Assembly (NCBI GenBank): GCA_964456825.1
Contig: CAYWCR010000011.1
Span: 5,353 to 69,352 of the forward strand
Length of the DNA stretch: 64,000 nt
Source: an uncultured Bacteroidales bacterium
Lineage (GTDB): Bacteria; Bacteroidota; Bacteroidia; Bacteroidales; UBA10428
Reading direction: 5' to 3'
Positions 48,903-58,221 of this stretch are shown here, piece by piece. Each line of letters begins with the position of its first letter. Position 1 is the stretch's first letter. The translations under genes were made by a program, and so were the position numbers. Under the pieces are notes generated by a model. That model had not been told where the DNA came from, ran no database searches, and saw only the letters and a list, made by a program, of their open reading frames with translations.

Positions 48903-49004
48903 AACCAATACACTGCCTTCCCTGATCGACCATGTAATTTTGAATTAATCACGGCTGTATCCTTGGAGATTAATTGCTGGAAATTAGGCTATAAACCTAT
49001 TCTG

Positions 49005-49682
49005 ATGAGAATATCGCTTTTTTTATTTTTTCTGTTCATTGCTGTTCCGACTCATGCACAGGATACCCTGGGAAACATTGACATGAAACTGATTCCACAA
49101 AAAAGTATACGGGACCTGTTGCAAAATCAGTTTTCTGAAATCCAATTGCAGCCTACGGTTCGGAAAGGACAGGATCTGAGAGGATACCATCATCTGGAAT
49201 CGATATACCGGCTCAGGGAAGTTCCTGAAAGAGTATGGAAGACCTATCAGGTAACAAGTCCTGCAGAATCCTGGAATGGCAGAATGGTTTCATTTGGCCT
49301 GATGATCTCCAAATGGGAGAACTTGATAATGTACAGGAACGATCAGGATTTTGGAGGGATTGATACGGGTCAGATATACTATATAAACCTTAGCATTATG
49401 CAAGGTTTATATAACCTGGCTGTTGGATTGGAAATCATTGATATCGATACCACAAACAAATCAATAACATTCAGCTATATGCAGGGAGGAAAATCCCGGG
49501 GCAAACAAACCATTTTCTTTTTACCGACAAAAAACGGATTTACTGAGATCATCCACCAGACAGCTTTTAAAAGCGACTCCTATATCCGTGACCGATATTT
49601 ATATCCTTATTTTCACCGGATTGCTATTAATGAATTTCACCGGAACATGAAAAGAAGCCTGCAGGGGGAGCCGGAGAATTAA
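49005..49682 (+). CDS. secreted hypothetical protein
   Basis: The ATG at 49005 gives the signal peptide MRISLFLFFLFIAVPTHAQ. No motif recognised. Confidence 0.55.
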   Translation: MRISLFLFFLFIAVPTHAQDTLGNIDMKLIPQKSIRDLLQNQFSEIQLQPTVRKGQDLRGYHHLESIYRLREVPERVWKTYQVTSPAESWNGRMVSFGLMISKWENLIMYRNDQDFGGIDTGQIYYINLSIMQGLYNLAVGLEIIDIDTTNKSITFSYMQGGKSRGKQTIFFLPTKNGFTEIIHQTAFKSDSYIRDRYLYPYFHRIAINEFHRNMKRSLQGEPEN

Positions 49683-49763
49683 GCAACGCTCCGTATGCAA
49701 CCCTTCTGTTAAAAGCTTGTCTTTTTAAGCGTAATCATCTTTAATGAATAAAAACCCTTCGCT

Positions 49764-50456
49764 ATGAAAAGGATATATTTTGCCTTATGGTTGTCATTAT
49801 GCGTATTTTCCTCAAATGCACAACCGTCACAGGACATATTCGACCCTGACAGCCGGATCACCTGGCTGGGTATTGATTTTTCTCATGTCACCCTGATCGG
49901 AAATTTTGCTGAGTTCTATGATGTGGGAGCAAAAAGCTCCGTGCAGATCATCACCGATTATTTTCCGAAATGGAACAGGATCATTCTTGACGAACGTGAA
50001 AAATACGATATCCGGGGAATGCTCAGAAGAATGGATATCGTTTATGACATCGATATGATCATGGATCTTAATTACAGGGCAGATCCCGACAGTATGGAAT
50101 CATACAACACCAGGAGATTCACCGGAGAAGACATACAAGCCTTTGTGGATCAGTATAACCTGGAAGGCAGGGAGGGAATCGGTGTGGTGTTCATAGCCGA
50201 ATGCCTGAATAAGTGCTATGAAGAAGCTATTTTTCATTTGGTTGCCATGGATATGAAAACCGGGGAAGTCATTTTCCATAAGAGGCTGAGAGGTGAGCCC
50301 AGCGGTTTTGGACTCAGGAATTATTGGGCAAATTCCGTTTACAGGATCATCAAGGATATAAAATATTACTATTATCCACGCTGGAAGGCAAATATTGAGG
50401 GAGACGAACTTCCTTCAGCCTGGATGTTTCAGATACAAATCGCATCTTTCGATTAA
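49764..50456 (+). CDS. secreted protein of unknown function, paralog of 58721..59314
   Basis: Signal peptide MKRIYFALWLSLCVFSSNAQ. Shares WLG(I/V)DF, VFIAE(C/N)LNK and G(F/I)G(L/F)RNYWA.SVY blocks with the 197-aa protein at 58721..59314. Confidence 0.65.
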   Translation: MKRIYFALWLSLCVFSSNAQPSQDIFDPDSRITWLGIDFSHVTLIGNFAEFYDVGAKSSVQIITDYFPKWNRIILDEREKYDIRGMLRRMDIVYDIDMIMDLNYRADPDSMESYNTRRFTGEDIQAFVDQYNLEGREGIGVVFIAECLNKCYEEAIFHLVAMDMKTGEVIFHKRLRGEPSGFGLRNYWANSVYRIIKDIKYYYYPRWKANIEGDELPSAWMFQIQIASFD

Positions 50457-50514
50457 ACATTTATTGGAAAATGCAGCCATTAATCCCTCTGCCTCTCCCG
50501 ATACACCGGGAGAC

Positions 50515-50913
50515 TTAGGGGGTTGTCGCTTCACCAAATGCCCCTTTGAAACTGCAAAACACCTTCGCCTCATAAAATACGCTGGCATTACATGCCAGCA
50601 AACCGTCTTCTGCATCTTTCAATTGTAGTTCAACATCAATTATCCGGTTCACTTCCGGATTGATAAAAGACAGGTATTTAATGGTACCGGCCTTTTTTAG
50701 CATGAGCTCTTTTTTCAGGTGATCCGACAAAAGCTCCTTGATGATCTGGACCGTGCAAACACCCGGCAATACCGGATTTCCGGGGAAATGGCCCTGGAAG
50801 ATCCTGTGGGAAGGATTGAGCGCTATGCTTATTTTTACTGCATTACTGGCATAGTCTTTCTGCACGTCATTTATGGTATAGAGATCATTCAGAAGCGTCG
50901 GTTTTGTTTTCAT
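50515..50913 (-). CDS. FabZ/FabA-like hot-dog dehydratase
   Basis: 132 aa with the catalytic His motif FQGHFPGNPVLPGV. Confidence 0.82.
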   Translation of the reverse strand: MKTKPTLLNDLYTINDVQKDYASNAVKISIALNPSHRIFQGHFPGNPVLPGVCTVQIIKELLSDHLKKELMLKKAGTIKYLSFINPEVNRIIDVELQLKDAEDGLLACNASVFYEAKVFCSFKGAFGEATTP

Positions 50914-51550
50914 GAAGTGCGGTTAAATGAATATCAAGTTGTATTTTGTAATGGGAAACTTTTACGGAATCAATCAGGTTTTCTGCAGCACTGTAAAAAC
51001 ACAGATTGACTTTCTTTCCGGTCCCCGTGGTCTGAATGATTGCATCCACGTTATGGTGGTCTTCCCTGATGAAATAATAGCAAGCCACCAGTCCCGTTTT
51101 CTGCCGGATGATTTTCTTTTTACTTTCCCTGTCAGCGAAGACTTTCACTTTTTTGTCCGGTTCAGGAACATTACGGATCATAAGTCCTATGTCATTTTTC
51201 AATGTCCTGATGACGGATCTTTTGTTCAGTGCCTCCAGACAGTAATGCAGTTCAATATCTCCCTGGCTGAAGAATTCCATATCAAAGATTTTAATCCCCA
51301 TTTCCGTGATAAACAGGACCCGGTGGCTCTTTTCCGGGAACTGCTTTATCACCATCAATCCGCTGAAATGATGCTGATAGATATCAATGGTGGTCTTATA
51401 GAGTATGGGATTATGATCTCCCTGAAACCAGGGTATTAATTCATTAACCGTACTGTGGCTTTCAGGCAATCGCTGTAAGCGGTTTACCAGGGAAGCCGAA
51501 CAACCGCTCAGCAGCAACAACAACAGGCTACTTAAAACTAAATTTTTCAA
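50885..51550 (-). CDS. lipoprotein, unknown function (APE-cluster associated)
   Basis: Lipobox LLLLLSGCSAS. Overlaps both neighbouring genes (23 and 29 nt). Confidence 0.62.
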   Translation of the reverse strand: MKNLVLSSLLLLLLSGCSASLVNRLQRLPESHSTVNELIPWFQGDHNPILYKTTIDIYQHHFSGLMVIKQFPEKSHRVLFITEMGIKIFDMEFFSQGDIELHYCLEALNKRSVIRTLKNDIGLMIRNVPEPDKKVKVFADRESKKKIIRQKTGLVACYYFIREDHHNVDAIIQTTGTGKKVNLCFYSAAENLIDSVKVSHYKIQLDIHLTALHENKTDASE

Positions 51551-52181
51551 TGGGTATGTCAGTATTCAATTTCTTGTTAATGAAATCTATCCTGGTATAG
51601 TCCTCTCCCGATTCCACCATCTTAAGGCTGGACACGGTCAGATCGTTTTTATCGAAACAGATCTGCACCTCATGCAGCATTTGTTTCATCTTTTCGGCAC
51701 GGGGAACAAGCTTTACATAATACCAATTGCTGCTTTCAAAGTATTCAATGGCAAAATCCTTATCATTCTTCAGGATGTCTCCCTGAATGCATCCACTGAT
51801 AAAACGGTTCATTTCCTGAAACATTTTATTTGATTGGATATCATATTGCTTCTGGCTTTTGTCATCACGCGTAAACAGCTGGTTGTTGCTGATGATGATC
51901 AGGTATTGGGTGGGTTCGGTATATTCCCACCGGATATTATTCTCCTTTTTAAAAAAGAACCGGCCTTTTGAAATGATCTTTTCGGACAATACGCTCAGGT
52001 TTTTTTCCTGTACAAAATCACTGATAATGCTGTTGGTTGAAGCGGACATGGCAGCCAGTCTGCTTTTAAAGGCTGCCACATCGCCCATGGGCTTATGGGA
52101 TTCCTGTGCCGTTACCGCGTAAGATAAAAAGATCCCTAAAAGGCAGGTGAAAAATACGGATGTCTTATTCATATGCTTCAA
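51528..52181 (-). CDS. LolA-like outer-membrane lipoprotein carrier family protein
   Basis: Signal peptide, then F.Q.K......L.....S.G.F.F......RWEY..P pattern. About 217 aa, typical for LolA-fold proteins of APE clusters. Confidence 0.7.
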   Translation of the reverse strand: MKHMNKTSVFFTCLLGIFLSYAVTAQESHKPMGDVAAFKSRLAAMSASTNSIISDFVQEKNLSVLSEKIISKGRFFFKKENNIRWEYTEPTQYLIIISNNQLFTRDDKSQKQYDIQSNKMFQEMNRFISGCIQGDILKNDKDFAIEYFESSNWYYVKLVPRAEKMKQMLHEVQICFDKNDLTVSSLKMVESGEDYTRIDFINKKLNTDIPIEKFSFK

Positions 52182-52938
52182 TTCCTGTTAATGTATCCAA
52201 ACGTTCAAACCGATAGCTGTTATGCAGGGCAAAGTTGATGAATTTATCCAAAACCGTCACGATATGCTGCTTTGTATCATGAAGGAGGATGATCTCCGCG
52301 GCTCCCAGCTTGCTGGTAAGTCTTTTTAAAAGTTCCTGCTCATCACGGATAACGGTATCTTTCGATTTAAGGCTCCATCCGATAACGCGGTAATTCATCT
52401 TCCGTAATGCCCTGGCCAGCGTCGGATTCGTAACCCCATAGGGTGGCCGGAACATCCTGATCTTTTTCCGGATGACACGCTGAACCAGTTTTTCAGTTTT
52501 TATCATTTCTTCCTGCATCTTCTTTGCCGGGAACAGATCGAAAAAGAAATGATGCGAATAGCTGTGTCCGCCGATAACATGACCTTCATTATCCATGCGT
52601 TCAATCAATCCGGGATTTTTCAAAATCTTTGATCCGACACAAAAAAATACAGCCTGCACCTTATGGTTCCTCAATACATCAAGAACCTGCGGTGTTACCT
52701 GTTCATCAGGCCCGTCGTCAAAGGTTAAGGCAATGACCTTTTCCCGGGAATCCACAGAACAAATAACATCGGTATAAAAACCCGACCGTATGGATATAGA
52801 ACCATAGGCAAGCAATCCGGCTGTTGCAAGAATAATGCCAATATACCACCCTATACTGACAAGGACAACAGCATCAATGACCAGGATCAGGAGCAGGAGC
52901 AGGAGGGCAGCCAGGAGTATTTTTTGATATTTCAGCAT
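52165..52938 (-). CDS. polysaccharide deacetylase (NodB homology domain), membrane anchored
   Basis: N-terminal TM helices, the TFDDGP metal/catalytic motif, and HSYSH. Confidence 0.85.
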   Translation of the reverse strand: MLKYQKILLAALLLLLLILVIDAVVLVSIGWYIGIILATAGLLAYGSISIRSGFYTDVICSVDSREKVIALTFDDGPDEQVTPQVLDVLRNHKVQAVFFCVGSKILKNPGLIERMDNEGHVIGGHSYSHHFFFDLFPAKKMQEEMIKTEKLVQRVIRKKIRMFRPPYGVTNPTLARALRKMNYRVIGWSLKSKDTVIRDEQELLKRLTSKLGAAEIILLHDTKQHIVTVLDKFINFALHNSYRFERLDTLTGIEAYE

Positions 52939-53999
52939 GACGTGATCAAAAACATTGCATGGTTGATGTTTCTGAAATGATTGTATATCAGCACATTTTT
53001 TATTTTCCTTACCGGCCTGTCGTTACATTTCAATATCGCCGGAACGCGTTGTTCCTTTATGATCATTGTGGCGAGATAAAGGGCAAAGGATGCAGCGGTA
53101 TCATATTCCCCGCACAAATGTTTATAGAAGGTGCACTGTACAGGGCTGAAAAAATTGCTCATTATATGGTGATAGATCTTATCCTGAACCGGATCTCCGT
53201 TCATTCCCAGCATGACAAGATCTATGTCGCCGGCAACACCAGCAGACTTTTGTATAAAACCAGATAATCTTGCCGTCACTTCATCCGCGCTTTGTGGCTT
53301 GTACAAAGTGCTGACAGCGCTGATCCTGGCCAGTGATTTGTCATTTTTCGAATGACTTAGCGCGAAAAAGGCAACTCCTTCTCCTGCCAGACTGCCCTTA
53401 TTTTTATAATCCAGCAGCCTGAGATTATTAACAGTCTTTTCTTTCCAGAATCCCAGGCGGTTTGTAATGGCAAATGAGTTTGGGGTCAGTTCATCCATTC
53501 CGCCGGTGAGGATGTTGGATGCAGAACCCTCCTGCAGCAGCATCATGCTGTCAAGCAGTGCACTCTCGAAGGAAAAGCCCCGGTGGACATAGGTATTGTT
53601 ATAACTGTTGCATTTGAGTTTTAGTGCGATCGCTGCCGCAATGGTATTATGTGTTGACTGGATAAAAGGCGTGGGATTTAACAATTGCTCCTCACTGGCA
53701 TACAGTGAGCCGAGGAATTTTTCGGTATCCTCAATGCAACCCAGGCCGGTACCGGTGATGATGGCATCCGGGTTTTCAATTCCCGCATCCCGTAAGCATT
53801 TTAGTGCAGCACATACACCCATTTTCACTATGCGGCTCATGCGCCTCGCAACCATCGGATCAATAAAATCACCGTAGACAGGTTCAAGGCATTTGATATA
53901 ATTAACGTCATTATATTCCATGGCATCCTGCAGGAATCCATTCCCGGTAAAGGTCTTTTGCGGGGAAATCACACCGATGCCCTGAATATATGCTTCCAT
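52932..53999 (-). CDS. ketosynthase-like partner subunit (chain-length-factor type)
   Basis: 355-aa thiolase fold starting MEAYIQGIGVISPQ. Lacks the clear Cys-His-His signature seen in the three KS genes. Abuts the KS at 54001 with a 1-nt gap. Confidence 0.7.
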   Translation of the reverse strand: MEAYIQGIGVISPQKTFTGNGFLQDAMEYNDVNYIKCLEPVYGDFIDPMVARRMSRIVKMGVCAALKCLRDAGIENPDAIITGTGLGCIEDTEKFLGSLYASEEQLLNPTPFIQSTHNTIAAAIALKLKCNSYNNTYVHRGFSFESALLDSMMLLQEGSASNILTGGMDELTPNSFAITNRLGFWKEKTVNNLRLLDYKNKGSLAGEGVAFFALSHSKNDKSLARISAVSTLYKPQSADEVTARLSGFIQKSAGVAGDIDLVMLGMNGDPVQDKIYHHIMSNFFSPVQCTFYKHLCGEYDTAASFALYLATMIIKEQRVPAILKCNDRPVRKIKNVLIYNHFRNINHAMFLITSC

Positions 54000-54000
54000 T

Positions 54001-55215
54001 TCAGTTCCTGGAAAATATTAAACTCGTATTATTACCGCCAAATCCGAAAGAATTCGACATGACATTCCGGACAGGGATATTATATTGAAATGCTGTGACA
54101 GGAGAAAAACTTAGGTCTGCCATTTGTTGTTTAAAACTAAGATTAGGATAGATCCACTGGTTACGGAGGGCCAAAACACATAAAACAGCCTCAATGGAAC
54201 CGGCTGCGCCCAGGGTATGACCGGTAAACGGCTTGGTTGAACTGCAAGGGGGTATAGAACTGCCAAAAAGTCTTTCGATGGCCTTACCTTCTGACAGATC
54301 ATTGTTTTTTGTCCCCGTCCCGTGGGCATTGATATAGTCTATCATACGCGGCTCCAGGCCGGAGGTGTCAAGGGCTTTTTTCATGGACAGATAGGCACCG
54401 TTCCCTTCCGGTGAAGAAGCCGTCTGGTGGAAAGCATCGCAGGCATTGCCATATCCGGTAATTTCACACAGTACTGTTTTATGGTCCTTTTTAACCGTGC
54501 TTTCCGATTCAATCATCAGAAATCCCGAACCTTCACCCAGGGTGAGTCCGTTTCTTTCTTCATCAAAAGGCCTGCAACCGTTTTTATCCAGAATCATCAG
54601 GCTGTTAAACCCATTCAGGGTAAAAAGCGTCAGGGCATCGGTACCGCCAACCAGCACCCTGTCAAGGATTCCGTTTTTGATCATCCTTGAACCGACCAGT
54701 ATCGCATTGGCAGAAGAGGAACAGGCGGTGCTGATGGTTGATACATGATCTTTAATGTCCAGGGCATCTGCAATGCTTTCCGTACTGTCGCCGCAATCAT
54801 GGGTAATAATATCCCTCAGCCTGCCCCGCATGTTGTTTTTCATATAGTATTTATAAAACCTTTCACTCCGGTCCATGCCCCCGACAGTAGTGGCGGAAAT
54901 CAGACCGGTCCTGGCCGACGAGATATCGTTGATCTGAGCCTGCATAACAGCCTGCCTGGCGGCAATAATGCCCAGTAGCGATGTCCGGGAAAAAAGTCCG
55001 TTTTCCGCTACCTTTGCCATCGCTGATAATTCCGGGACACCGGCTTTCACTTCGGCAACCGGTATTTCATCTTTGTAAAAAGTATTCAGCATGGTGATCC
55101 GGCCAATGCCACCTTTGGATCCCTGCAAGGCAACTGAAGTTTCCGCGCAGTCAAAGCCAATGGCGGAAATAATACCAACACCGGTTACGAATATTCTTTC
55201 TGACACAGACTGCAA
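54001..55215 (-). CDS. beta-ketoacyl-ACP synthase
   Basis: Triad in STACSSSANAI, NAHGTGTKNND and GHTLGAAG. Confidence 0.9.
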   Translation of the reverse strand: MQSVSERIFVTGVGIISAIGFDCAETSVALQGSKGGIGRITMLNTFYKDEIPVAEVKAGVPELSAMAKVAENGLFSRTSLLGIIAARQAVMQAQINDISSARTGLISATTVGGMDRSERFYKYYMKNNMRGRLRDIITHDCGDSTESIADALDIKDHVSTISTACSSSANAILVGSRMIKNGILDRVLVGGTDALTLFTLNGFNSLMILDKNGCRPFDEERNGLTLGEGSGFLMIESESTVKKDHKTVLCEITGYGNACDAFHQTASSPEGNGAYLSMKKALDTSGLEPRMIDYINAHGTGTKNNDLSEGKAIERLFGSSIPPCSSTKPFTGHTLGAAGSIEAVLCVLALRNQWIYPNLSFKQQMADLSFSPVTAFQYNIPVRNVMSNSFGFGGNNTSLIFSRN

Positions 55216-55284
55216 TTATGTTGCGTTAAGGCTTTCTTTTATGGAAGGTAATCTCAATTTCCGCCAAAGAAAAGGACTGACGGT

Positions 55285-55542
55285 TCAGGCTTTTTTATTG
55301 GCAGTAATAAATTCGGCCATAGAATGGACGGAATACAGAACTTTCTTGCCTTCTTCAGCCGTAAGGATCTTTAAACCGTATTTCTTTTCAAGCAAAACTG
55401 TCAGCTCGAGTGCATCTATTGAATCAAGGCCAAGACCATCGACAAAAAGAGGAGCTTTTTCATCTATTTGCCCGGGTTTCATTTCGGATAAATTCAGGGC
55501 TTCAATAATTTCTTCCTTAAGTTTTTGTACAAGCTGTTCCAT
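55285..55542 (-). CDS. acyl carrier protein
   Basis: 85 aa with the canonical LGLDSIDALEL Ser attachment motif. Confidence 0.88.
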   Translation of the reverse strand: MEQLVQKLKEEIIEALNLSEMKPGQIDEKAPLFVDGLGLDSIDALELTVLLEKKYGLKILTAEEGKKVLYSVHSMAEFITANKKA

Positions 55543-55545
55543 ACA

Positions 55546-56187
55546 TTATTTCTCGTTATCAAATATTCTTTGAATTGATGTAGGCTCAAAATTAGCAATT
55601 CCGGCATTAGGTCTGTCGGTTTTCTCGATTAAATACAATACCGATTCATAATTTTGTCCGTCTGTTTCAACCCATCCGGCAATACAGCATTGTATCACGC
55701 CCTGGGCCAGCAGTTCTTTTATGTAATGCACCAGAAAGGGTGGATTGAACTTTTCCTGAATAAAAAAAGTTCCTTCACCTGTAAATTTGTGCCGGATGCT
55801 GATTTCACCGATCACGATATTGGGAAGGGTATAGACAAATACTGCAGGACTGGGGAAATAATTATTCCGGTCAAGGATCGAATGCTGGTGGTTTCTGTCA
55901 GTATCCAATGATGACGATGCATTCATAAGGAAAATTCCCACCTCGTTTCCGGCGTATTGCTGATGAATATTTTTGTTCCTGAGGAGCAACTCAGCGGTAA
56001 GAAATCCGAGCTTGCTCAGCTTATCCATTTTGTAAAACTTAGGGTAGGAAACCGCAAAGTACTGATAAATCCCTGTAAGTAAATCCTGCAGTCCGGAATC
56101 TGCATGGTTATAAACCGATTTGCCATGAAGGACTACCTCATGATCCCGGATGGAACAATAATCGCTGATAATATAAAATTCACTCAT
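55546..56187 (-). CDS. half-size thiolase-fold (KS N-terminal-like) protein lacking the active-site Cys
   Basis: 213 aa. The region FLMNASSSLDTD aligns by eye with the KS active-site loop but has Ser where Cys is expected. Overlaps the upstream KS stop by 4 nt. Confidence 0.55.
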   Translation of the reverse strand: MSEFYIISDYCSIRDHEVVLHGKSVYNHADSGLQDLLTGIYQYFAVSYPKFYKMDKLSKLGFLTAELLLRNKNIHQQYAGNEVGIFLMNASSSLDTDRNHQHSILDRNNYFPSPAVFVYTLPNIVIGEISIRHKFTGEGTFFIQEKFNPPFLVHYIKELLAQGVIQCCIAGWVETDGQNYESVLYLIEKTDRPNAGIANFEPTSIQRIFDNEK

Positions 56188-57329
56188 TTCTTACACAATA
56201 ATACTGCAGCATTGCAGCCACCGAATCCGGATGCTATTTTCAGACAGCTGTTGATTTCCCGGTTTATCACCCTGTCAATAATGTTAAGCGGATTGCTGAC
56301 GCCTGTTTCATGAAAGCCCATGGTATTATACAGAACATTATTCCGGATGGAAGAGACACACATGATGGTCTCAATTATTCCGGCAGCACCCAGGGTATGG
56401 CCCCAATACCCTTTGAAGCTGTTAACAGGCACAGATTGCAATCCGGCTCTTGTGATGGCGATGGATTCCATCTCGTCATTATAAGGAGTGGCTGTTCCAT
56501 GGGCTGAGATATAATCAAGGGCCAGCGGATTCCTTTTCAACAGGTGGTCAATGGCAATAAATAATCCTTCGCCGGTCCTTGAAGGACCGGAAATATGGTT
56601 GGCATCATTGCTGGAAATACCATCCAGGGCAACAATGAGCTTTGATGCATCGGCCTGTGGTCTGGTTTTACTTAAAACAAGGGTACCGGAACCTTCCCCT
56701 ATGGACAGTCCGTCGCGGGTTCTGTCAAAAGGACGGCAGGGCCCCGTACTGAGCGACTTAAAAGAATTAAAACCCGAAAAAACAAATTCCGAAATAATAT
56801 CAGTACCGTTGATAATAACATTTTCATAAAGCCCGGCACGGATCAGACGGACACCGGTTATGACAGCCTGAACTCCAGAAATACAGGCATTGGAAATCAC
56901 CACGGGCTCATTCCTGAAGTTGAAAAAACGCTGAATCAGCCGGGCTGTATCCCATAAATACAATCTTTCCTTACCCAATTTCTGTTCATTCTCTTTTTCA
57001 AGGAGATCAATATTCCCTTTTGTGGTCGACAAAATAAACAACGTTCCCGGATCTTCAGGATTAAAAGCCACGTTTGACAGTGCTTCTCTCACCGAGCAAA
57101 TGGCCATTTGTTCGAAACGGGTATAAAGGCCGGGGTCTCCAATAGCCTTGAATTTCTGTTGCAGCAGGGAAGGTTCAACCAGGGATGCATAAAAAGGTTC
57201 CGGCGCTATCCGCTGATCTTCCGCCAGCTGTATGCCGGTCTTATCGCCAAGCATATGATCCGCATTTTCGCCTGTGGTAAAACCAAGCGAGGTAATAATA
57301 TTGTCTGCTGTTATGAAAACGTCGGTCAC
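56184..57329 (-). CDS. beta-ketoacyl-ACP synthase
   Basis: Triad in SNACISGVQAV, SAHGTATPYND and GHTLGAAG. Confidence 0.88.
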   Translation of the reverse strand: MTDVFITADNIITSLGFTTGENADHMLGDKTGIQLAEDQRIAPEPFYASLVEPSLLQQKFKAIGDPGLYTRFEQMAICSVREALSNVAFNPEDPGTLFILSTTKGNIDLLEKENEQKLGKERLYLWDTARLIQRFFNFRNEPVVISNACISGVQAVITGVRLIRAGLYENVIINGTDIISEFVFSGFNSFKSLSTGPCRPFDRTRDGLSIGEGSGTLVLSKTRPQADASKLIVALDGISSNDANHISGPSRTGEGLFIAIDHLLKRNPLALDYISAHGTATPYNDEMESIAITRAGLQSVPVNSFKGYWGHTLGAAGIIETIMCVSSIRNNVLYNTMGFHETGVSNPLNIIDRVINREINSCLKIASGFGGCNAAVLLCKK

Positions 57330-57400
57330 GAAGGTCTGTAATTGCTGGTTGTTTTCTTCTTTTTTGATGCGATTCCTAAGCTAACAATGTCCTTTTGCCT

Positions 57401-57835
57401 TCAATGGCCCGCTATTAAACCATTTCTCTTTTTCCATTCGAGAAAAAATGGCGGGAAATCAAGCAGTAATTCCCGGTTCAGGTTCAGAAAAACCTGTGTG
57501 CTGGAACCTGTGGCTACTATTTCATGGGTTTTATGATGAGAGAGAGTGTATTCATACTGGATCTTAGCGGCCTCGCAGTTCACAAACCTGGTCTCTACCA
57601 CAGCAAAATCACCGTAGATCAGCGGCCTTTTATAATCACAACCGATTTTAACAATAGGGATCAGGATGCCCCGGTTACGAAAATCCAGGTAGTTAATGCC
57701 AAATTTGTTTCCAAATTCCTCGCGGCCATCTTCAAAATACTTGATATAATTGCCATGCCAGACAACGCCCATCGAATCGACTTCGCTAAAACGGACCTGT
57801 ATTAATGTTTTTGTAACTAAATCCCTCTTTTTCAT
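57401..57835 (-). CDS. 4HBT/YbgC-type acyl-CoA (acyl-ACP) thioesterase
   Basis: 144 aa. VRFSEVDSMGVVWHGNYIKYFEDGREEF is the hot-dog thioesterase signature with a catalytic Asp. Confidence 0.82.
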   Translation of the reverse strand: MKKRDLVTKTLIQVRFSEVDSMGVVWHGNYIKYFEDGREEFGNKFGINYLDFRNRGILIPIVKIGCDYKRPLIYGDFAVVETRFVNCEAAKIQYEYTLSHHKTHEIVATGSSTQVFLNLNRELLLDFPPFFLEWKKRNGLIAGH

Positions 57836-57930
57836 ACCGGCAATTCAAAAATCCCTGCTTACCTGATTTCAATTCAGTTTAAATAGACTATAAAATAAAT
57901 ATGCAAATCTGGTTTAAAAAAACCGATTGT

Positions 57931-58002
57931 CAAAAAAAATCAAAGGACACCCTGCCAGGGTATCAAAATCCCCGTCGCTGTATCCCTGGCAGGGTGTCCT
58001 TT
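57931..58002 (-). terminator. strong rho-independent terminator (19-bp perfect stem)
   Basis: aaaggacaccctgccaggg (57942-57960) pairs with ccctggcagggtgtccttt (57984-58002). On the minus strand the hairpin is followed by a T8 run (complement of 57932-57939). Confidence 0.78.
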
Positions 58003-58039
58003 AGGTTAAGGGAATTGCTGGTCTTCAGCTAAATGCAAT

Positions 58040-58210
58040 CTAAGTTAAGAAAATAGCGATTGCTCCGTGCATCAGTACAAATACGCCCAGCGCTATACCG
58101 AGGTATTTGTGTACCTTATAGGAGACCTTAATGATTTTTAGTCCGCCCAGTACCTGAATCAACGTCAGTACTATATTTATAATACCCAGGGGAAGAATTA
58201 ATGAATACAT
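58040..58210 (-). CDS. unannotated 56-aa two-TM membrane protein with two conserved-looking His residues
   Basis: Hand translation gives MYSLILPLGIINIVLTLIQVLGGLKIIKVSYKVHKYLGIALGVFVLMHGAIAIFLT*. This is below the 60-aa cut-off of the ORF track. The ATG lies 12 nt after the stop of the SORL-like gene, and the strong terminator follows. Confidence 0.5.
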   Translation of the reverse strand: MYSLILPLGIINIVLTLIQVLGGLKIIKVSYKVHKYLGIALGVFVLMHGAIAIFLT

Positions 58211-58221
58211 GATGATCAGTA

